19,083 bases of DNA, from assembly GCA_964651965.1 (NCBI GenBank), contig CAZYZS010000024.1:1-19083 (forward strand). Direction: 5' to 3'. The position numbers and the translations under genes are program-made. Below the pieces are notes generated by a model. That model saw nothing but the letters and a program-made list of their open reading frames with translations. It was not told the DNA's origin and searched no databases. Below, one piece after another: positions 14,280 through 19,083 of this stretch (position 1 is its first letter; every line of letters starts with the position of its first letter). This DNA comes from Candidatus Woesearchaeota archaeon (GTDB lineage: Archaea; Nanobdellota; Nanobdellia; Pacearchaeales; GW2011-AR1).

Positions 14280-14354
14280 CACAATAAATGATTAATTATT
14301 TTTATATAAATGGTAGAATTCACCAGATAGTGATTAAACCTCACAAGAATTAAA

Positions 14355-15449
14355 ATGAAACCAAACACAAAAATAACAATTGCAGTATTAGTAATTTTAG
14401 CTATTGCTTTAATTTTAGTTTTGCAATATTCTAAATTAGAAGGTTTTGCAGTATCTGGCACAAAACAAACCGTGAAAATAGGGATTATTTTGCCTTTAAG
14501 CGGAGAGTATGCTATGCTAGGAGAAGGGATGAAAGATTCAATTCTTTTGGCTAAAGAGCAGGATAATAAAAACCATAATAAAAACTATGAGTTTATATTT
14601 GAAGACAACAAATTTGATAATAAGGAAACAGCAAACGCCGCGAATAAGCTGATAAATATAGATAAAGTAGATGCGATTATCTCAGTTTTTTCCAGCCCCG
14701 GAAATGTTGTATCTCCGATTACAGAAGAGAATAAAGTCCTGCATATAAGCTTAGCATCTGACTCAAATATTGCAAAAGGAGATTATAACTTTATACACTG
14801 GACAACTCCAGAAGAAGAAAACAGGGTGTTTATTTCAGAACTGCAGAAAAGGGGGATAAAAAGCGTAGGCGTAATAAGGCAGAATCATCCAGGAGCAGAA
14901 GCAATACTTAATAGCATGAAAAAGCAGGCATCAGAAAAAGGAATTACAATATATGAAGAGAAATTTAATTCAGGGGATAAAGACTTTAAAACAATAATTA
15001 TGAAAGAAAAAGAAAAAAATCCAGATATCTATTTTATTCTTGCATATTCTCCTGAACTTGAATTAATTGCTAAACAAGTAAAAGAATTAGGGGTTACAAA
15101 GCCAGTGACTTCTATAGAAGCATTTGATGTGACAACCCAGCCTGAATTGTTCGAAGGAATGTGGTATGTTACAGCTGCTTCTCCAATTGAAAATTTCCGG
15201 ATATCATTTAAAGAAAAATATAACAAAGAACCAGGTTATGGAGCAGGAAATGCTTATGATGCGTATAATTTGATTGTTAAATCCATGGATAGTGCAGATA
15301 CGACTGAACAAGCAGCAGAAAACCTTAGAAATATAAGAAATTTTTCAGGGGCTTTAGGAATTCTTAATGTAGACAGCAATAATATTGTTCAAAGCAAAGC
15401 AGTTGTAAGAGAGATTGTTAATAATACTTTTGTTACAATTTCAGATTAA
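14355..15449 (+). CDS. LivK/Peripla_BP_6-type substrate-binding protein, membrane-anchored (SBP2)
   Basis: TM helix ITIAVLVILAIALILVL, then VKIGIILPLSGEYAMLGEGMKDSILLAKEQ. Family-typical length. Transcribed divergently from the Lrp paralog. Confidence 0.9.
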   Translation: MKPNTKITIAVLVILAIALILVLQYSKLEGFAVSGTKQTVKIGIILPLSGEYAMLGEGMKDSILLAKEQDNKNHNKNYEFIFEDNKFDNKETANAANKLINIDKVDAIISVFSSPGNVVSPITEENKVLHISLASDSNIAKGDYNFIHWTTPEEENRVFISELQKRGIKSVGVIRQNHPGAEAILNSMKKQASEKGITIYEEKFNSGDKDFKTIIMKEKEKNPDIYFILAYSPELELIAKQVKELGVTKPVTSIEAFDVTTQPELFEGMWYVTAASPIENFRISFKEKYNKEPGYGAGNAYDAYNLIVKSMDSADTTEQAAENLRNIRNFSGALGILNVDSNNIVQSKAVVREIVNNTFVTISD

Positions 15450-15463
15450 ATTCTTATATTAAA

Positions 15464-15838
15464 ATGCTGGCTAAAAAACAAAGCAAGATTCATGGGAAAG
15501 GCATTTTCACTGATGCATTTATCTTAAAGGAAACTCCTTTTTATAAGATACCCTTAAAGAAAGTGTATTATAAACCCGAGCTCATGTATGCTTATATTGG
15601 AGAGGGAATATCTGTTTCTGATAAAAAGGTCTTGAATTGGATTAACCATTCGTGCGAGCCGAATGCAAGAATAGACACTAAGAAATTAGTTTTAGCTGCG
15701 ATAAGAGATATTTTGCCTGGTGAAGAAATAACTGTAAATTATAATGACACTGAAGTTGTAGGGTCAAGAGTAGCATGTAATTGCAGAAGTGAAAATTGCA
15801 GAAGATATTTTATTATCCGCTCTCAGCCGCCAAAATGA
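15464..15838 (+). CDS. minimal SET-domain protein lysine methyltransferase
   Basis: SKIHGKGIFT N-SET start, an invariant NHSCEPN motif, GEEITVNY, and a post-SET-like CNCRSENC cysteine cluster. 124 aa. Starts 14 nt after the SBP2 stop. T6 terminator at 15851-15856. Confidence 0.85.
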   Translation: MLAKKQSKIHGKGIFTDAFILKETPFYKIPLKKVYYKPELMYAYIGEGISVSDKKVLNWINHSCEPNARIDTKKLVLAAIRDILPGEEITVNYNDTEVVGSRVACNCRSENCRRYFIIRSQPPK

Positions 15839-15866
15839 ATGTCTTTAGTATTTTTTAGCCGGAGTC

Positions 15867-17006
15867 TTAATTTACTTTAACAAACTTTCCATCTTGTACT
15901 GTTTTTATAATGATTTTCTTATTAATGTCACCATTTTCATCAAATTTGAAATCTCCACCAGCCCCATTATATATACCCATTTTTAAGAAATACTCTTTAA
16001 TATCCTTTGGATTATCTCCATTTTTCTCAATGGCTTTTGACAACACCATCATAGCATCATAGGAATTTGCTGCGTAAAGTGAAGGGTTTTCGTTATATTT
16101 TTCTTTGTATTTGTTTACAAATCCGGTTTTATCCTTATCAAGGGCGCTATCATCTGGATAAGCATAGACTAATCCTTCTACTTCATTTTTATATTCTTTG
16201 ACTAAAGGGTCATTCTGGACACCCCATGAAGAAATCCATTTAACATTTATATTAAGTTCATCAGCTTGTTTAATAATTAAGCCAATTGGGGGCCCAGTAG
16301 CATGAAGATTGAGGATTGTGTCTGGTTCCTTTTCCATGACTTTTATAATTTCGGTTCTTAGATCATTTTGAGTCAAAGGAAAACTTTCTTCTGCGACTAT
16401 TTCTCCCCCCAACCCTTCAAAATATTTCTTAAAATCTTGGGCGTTTTCAACACCGAAGGGTGTAGCTTGCCTTAATACTGCGACCTTTCTTGCGCCCATC
16501 TCATTATAAGCATATTCTGCAAGCTTTTTCATCATCCCGTCAGTTGTAGGAATAGTCCTAAAAAATAGGTCATCATTACTTAGCTCATCTAATATTGCGA
16601 TAGGTGAAATTAGTATTGCGCCCTCTTGATTTGTGATAGGGACCATTGCCACAGTAGTAGAACTCCAAGAGTCCCCTATAATATAGTTTACCTGGTCTAC
16701 GTTAACCAATTTATGTACTGCTTCAACTGCTTTATCAGGAGCTGTAGCACTATCTTCTATGATTAATTTTATCTGCTTTCCATTAATGCCACCTCGATTA
16801 TTGATTTCTTCAACTGCTAAAGTAACGCCTCTTATTTCTTCCTGGCCTGCATAAGCTCCTACGCCAGTCTGTGTTGCTACTACCCCTACATTGATTGTAT
16901 TTTTACTGTCCTTGACAACAAGCCCAGTTAAGTTCAAGCTTATTATACTGGCTATTATCAATAATAAGATAATGATAATGCTGATTGCTGTTTTTTTGTA
17001 GGTCAT
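15867..17006 (-). CDS. LivK/Peripla_BP_6-type substrate-binding protein, membrane-anchored (SBP3)
   Basis: TM helix AISIIIILLLIIASIISL, then INVGVVATQTGVGAYAGQEEIRGVTLAVEEINNRGGINGKQIKLIIEDS. The TATA-like ACATATAAATATGT is about 26 nt upstream (leaderless). Confidence 0.9.
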   Translation of the reverse strand: MTYKKTAISIIIILLLIIASIISLNLTGLVVKDSKNTINVGVVATQTGVGAYAGQEEIRGVTLAVEEINNRGGINGKQIKLIIEDSATAPDKAVEAVHKLVNVDQVNYIIGDSWSSTTVAMVPITNQEGAILISPIAILDELSNDDLFFRTIPTTDGMMKKLAEYAYNEMGARKVAVLRQATPFGVENAQDFKKYFEGLGGEIVAEESFPLTQNDLRTEIIKVMEKEPDTILNLHATGPPIGLIIKQADELNINVKWISSWGVQNDPLVKEYKNEVEGLVYAYPDDSALDKDKTGFVNKYKEKYNENPSLYAANSYDAMMVLSKAIEKNGDNPKDIKEYFLKMGIYNGAGGDFKFDENGDINKKIIIKTVQDGKFVKVN

Positions 17007-17045
17007 TTTAATAACTAGATAGTTGTAACATATTTATATGTATAT

Positions 17046-17061
17046 CCTACAATATTGTAGG
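17046..17061. promoter_or_regulatory. perfect 16-bp palindrome CCTACAATATTGTAGG between the divergent SBP3 and TrmB-like promoters (candidate operator)
   Basis: The sequence equals its own reverse complement. It is flanked by TATA-like elements at 17028-17041 (for SBP3) and ~17072-17084 (for the TrmB-like gene). Confidence 0.5.
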
Positions 17062-17103
17062 AGTATAATAAAATTTAAAAAGGTAAAATAACTAAAAAGT
17101 TTT

Positions 17104-17820
17104 ATGGACACTCAGATATTAGAGAACATCGGATTAACCCCTAGTGAGATAAAAATTTATTTGGCGTTGCTTGAATTAGGATCTGCTAGCGCAGGTGAAG
17201 TGCTAGAACAGGCTGAGATCCAAAATTCTGTCTTTCATTTTTGCGTGAATAAATTAATAAGCAAGGGGCTTGTCTCTTACATAAGCAAAGGCAAATCCAA
17301 GATTTATAGCGCAGCAGACCCTGAAAATTTCCTTTTGTATCTAAAAGACAAAGAAGATGAATTAAAGAAATTGCTTCCAGAACTAAAAGAAAGGCAAGCG
17401 AGCATTAAAGACAAATCAGAAGTTGAATTATTCGCTGGAATTAAAGGAGTGATTAATGCTCTTAATTCATTAATAGCTGATACTAAGAAAGGAGATGAAT
17501 TTTTATTTTTTTCTATGGTTGTTGAAGATAAAAACGAAGAAGTCCAGGAGTTCTATGAAAGATATGACCTAAAAAGAAAATCAAAAGGCCTGGTCACAAA
17601 AGGCATTGCCCCAATTAAACTCAAGCATCTCTTTGAAAAGAGGACTTATCTTAGGATGAAATATTCAGATAAACCCCTTCCATCAAATTTTGCTGTTTGC
17701 AATGACAAAATGATTTTGATATCTTGGGATGAAAAACCTCACGCAGTCTTAATCAAAGCCAATAATCTTGTCAACCAGCAAAGGGATTTTTTTAATCGTT
17801 CATGGAGTAGTTTAAAATAA
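17104..17820 (+). CDS. TrmB-family HTH transcriptional regulator
   Basis: N-terminus ILENIGLTPSEIKIYLALLELGSASAGEVLEQAEIQNSVFHFCVNKLISKGLVSYISKGKSKIYSAADPENFL is the classic TrmB wHTH pattern. It is followed by a coiled linker and a ~120-aa C-terminal domain. Confidence 0.8.
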   Translation: MDTQILENIGLTPSEIKIYLALLELGSASAGEVLEQAEIQNSVFHFCVNKLISKGLVSYISKGKSKIYSAADPENFLLYLKDKEDELKKLLPELKERQASIKDKSEVELFAGIKGVINALNSLIADTKKGDEFLFFSMVVEDKNEEVQEFYERYDLKRKSKGLVTKGIAPIKLKHLFEKRTYLRMKYSDKPLPSNFAVCNDKMILISWDEKPHAVLIKANNLVNQQRDFFNRSWSSLK

Positions 17821-17852
17821 TAGTTGAAAAATAAAAAAGAAGGTCCGCTAGA

Positions 17853-18995
17853 TTATTCAACCTTCACAAACTCTCCATCAATAACCTTATAGACTGCATA
17901 TTTTACACCAGTTCTGTCTCCTTCACTGTCAAATCCAACCGCCCCGCTTGCTCCATTAAAAGATAGCCCTGATAAAGACTTTTTAACTCCTTCTACATTA
18001 TCCCCAGAACTTTCAATAGCTTTTATCAAACTAATTGCCCCATCATAAGCATACATGCTGTATACTGATGGTTCTTCTCCAAATTGCTTAATGTAATTCG
18101 CTTTAAAGTTTAAATAGTCTGTAGGATCTTCTTGGAATAAAGTGTATATTCCTTCGCTATCTTTTATTCCAATGTCATCTAAAATCTCTTGGTCATAAAA
18201 AGTTTCAGAAGTTAGAATGGTTGCAGATATTCCCAATTCTCTTATTTGCTTTATCATTAAAGGGTAATCATTTTTTGCACCAGCAATTATTAAAACATCT
18301 GGATTTGCCTGCTTAATTTTTGTTAATTGAGTTCTGAAATCAGAATCACTTAGAGTATATAATTCGCTTGCAACTACATCAGCTGAAGCCCCATTTTCAA
18401 CAATATTCTTTATTCCAATACCGTATGCATCATTTCTATATATTCCTGCAATTTTTTTGGGTTTTAAGTTGTTATTAAGATAATCAACTATTTTAGAAGC
18501 CTGATAGATATCTGAAGGACAAGACCTAAATACGTAATCTTTATCAGTAGTTAGTCCTGGAGCTGAACCTAAAGTAATCATAAGTATTCTTTTATTATCA
18601 TTAGCTATTGGGGTAATAACTGAAGTTGCTCCACTTCCCTGAACAGACATTATATAATCTACATTATCAACATTGACAAGCTTGCTCATGCCAGTAGCTG
18701 CTTTTGTAGAATCCATTGCATCATCCTCCACGATGAGGGTTAATTCTCTTCCATTTATTCCCCCCTTATCATTAATCTCCTTAACTGCTAACTCCACAGC
18801 ATTCTTCATAGGAGCCACATAAGATGCATATTCCCCAGTAAAATGCCCGATTATTCCTATTTTTATTGGCTCATTATTAGAGACAACGCTTCCAGTAGTC
18901 CTGTTATTTATAACTAAAATCCATGTCAGAGTAATTACTATTAATGCTACAATTGCAAAAATAAAAAAGGTTTTGGCTGAAGCTTTATTTTCCAT
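17853..18995 (-). CDS. LivK/Peripla_BP_6-type substrate-binding protein, membrane-anchored (SBP4)
   Basis: TM helix FFIFAIVALIVITLTWILVI, then IKIGIIGHFTGEYASYVAPMKNAVELAVKEINDKGGINGRELTLIVEDD. I prefer ATG 18995 (MENKASAK), with GGAGG about 10 nt upstream, over the TTG at 19013. Confidence 0.9.
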   Translation of the reverse strand: MENKASAKTFFIFAIVALIVITLTWILVINNRTTGSVVSNNEPIKIGIIGHFTGEYASYVAPMKNAVELAVKEINDKGGINGRELTLIVEDDAMDSTKAATGMSKLVNVDNVDYIMSVQGSGATSVITPIANDNKRILMITLGSAPGLTTDKDYVFRSCPSDIYQASKIVDYLNNNLKPKKIAGIYRNDAYGIGIKNIVENGASADVVASELYTLSDSDFRTQLTKIKQANPDVLIIAGAKNDYPLMIKQIRELGISATILTSETFYDQEILDDIGIKDSEGIYTLFQEDPTDYLNFKANYIKQFGEEPSVYSMYAYDGAISLIKAIESSGDNVEGVKKSLSGLSFNGASGAVGFDSEGDRTGVKYAVYKVIDGEFVKVE

Positions 18996-18996
18996 T

Positions 18997-19083
18997 TTAG
19001 CTAGCCTCCCCAATTATATCTATTGTAATCTTAGCAATAATCCCTGGCATAAGCTCTTGTTCCAGAAGCTTAGGTATGACTAT
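18997..19083 (-). CDS. 3' end (28 codons) of an unidentified upstream gene running off the right edge
   Basis: The open reverse frame ...IVIPKLLEQELMPGIIAKITIDIIGEAS ends at TAA (18999-18997), 1 nt before the SBP4 ATG. It is too short to classify. Confidence 0.3.
   Translation of the reverse strand: MVIPKLLEQELMPGIIAKITIDIIGEAS

Noticed and set aside
14243-14461. Minus-strand ORF 14243-14461, and 15029-15226
   Set aside because: The first spans the divergent promoter region and the antisense of the SBP2 signal anchor. The second is antisense inside SBP2.
1-19083. CRISPR arrays, IS/transposase or integrase genes, prophage remnants, rRNA genes
   Set aside because: No periodic repeat-spacer pattern was found. 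The only exact direct repeats I found, by eye, are short: the 24-nt coding repeat at 7730/7790 and 9-nt intergenic repeats. There are no recombinase-like ORFs, and every gap longer than 100 nt was examined.

Overview
AT-rich archaeal window. Archaeal markers are an archaeal-type LeuRS, tRNA-splicing endonuclease EndA, Alba and ribosomal protein eS17. Many genes have a TATA box about 26 nt upstream of the ATG (leaderless mRNAs); others have GGAGG Shine-Dalgarno sites. Tight gene packing and a Lys/Glu-rich proteome suggest a small-genome, DPANN-like archaeon (inference only).

Layout, left to right:
- Partial MBL-fold hydrolase.
- AbiEi/AbiEii-like wHTH + nucleotidyltransferase pair, with a perfect 20-bp palindrome over its promoter.
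- A fused double Lrp/AsnC regulator.
- Orphan ORF.
- leuS, preceded by a 105-aa ORF.
- A GC-enriched, hairpin-rich intergenic element of about 125-145 nt that no gene explains.
- endA.
- A wHTH / KE-rich-linker protein.
- AbrB-PIN (VapBC-like) toxin-antitoxin pair.
- rps17e, albA and a membrane protein.
- tRNA-Met(CAU), directly followed by a 9-Cys mini-ORF.
- An amino-acid-type ABC region: a tightly coupled livG-SBP-livF operon with no permease genes, then three more membrane-anchored LivK-family binding-protein paralogs. These are interleaved with a second fused double Lrp/AsnC regulator, a minimal SET-domain methyltransferase and a TrmB-family regulator.

No rRNA, CRISPR array, IS element or integrase was seen. 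I found no single obvious novel system. The best candidates for follow-up are the unexplained structured intergenic RNA-like element, the permease-less ABC operon with the SBP expansion, and the fused double-Lrp paralogs that share a 23-nt promoter module. All functional calls come from reading motifs by eye; no database search was run.
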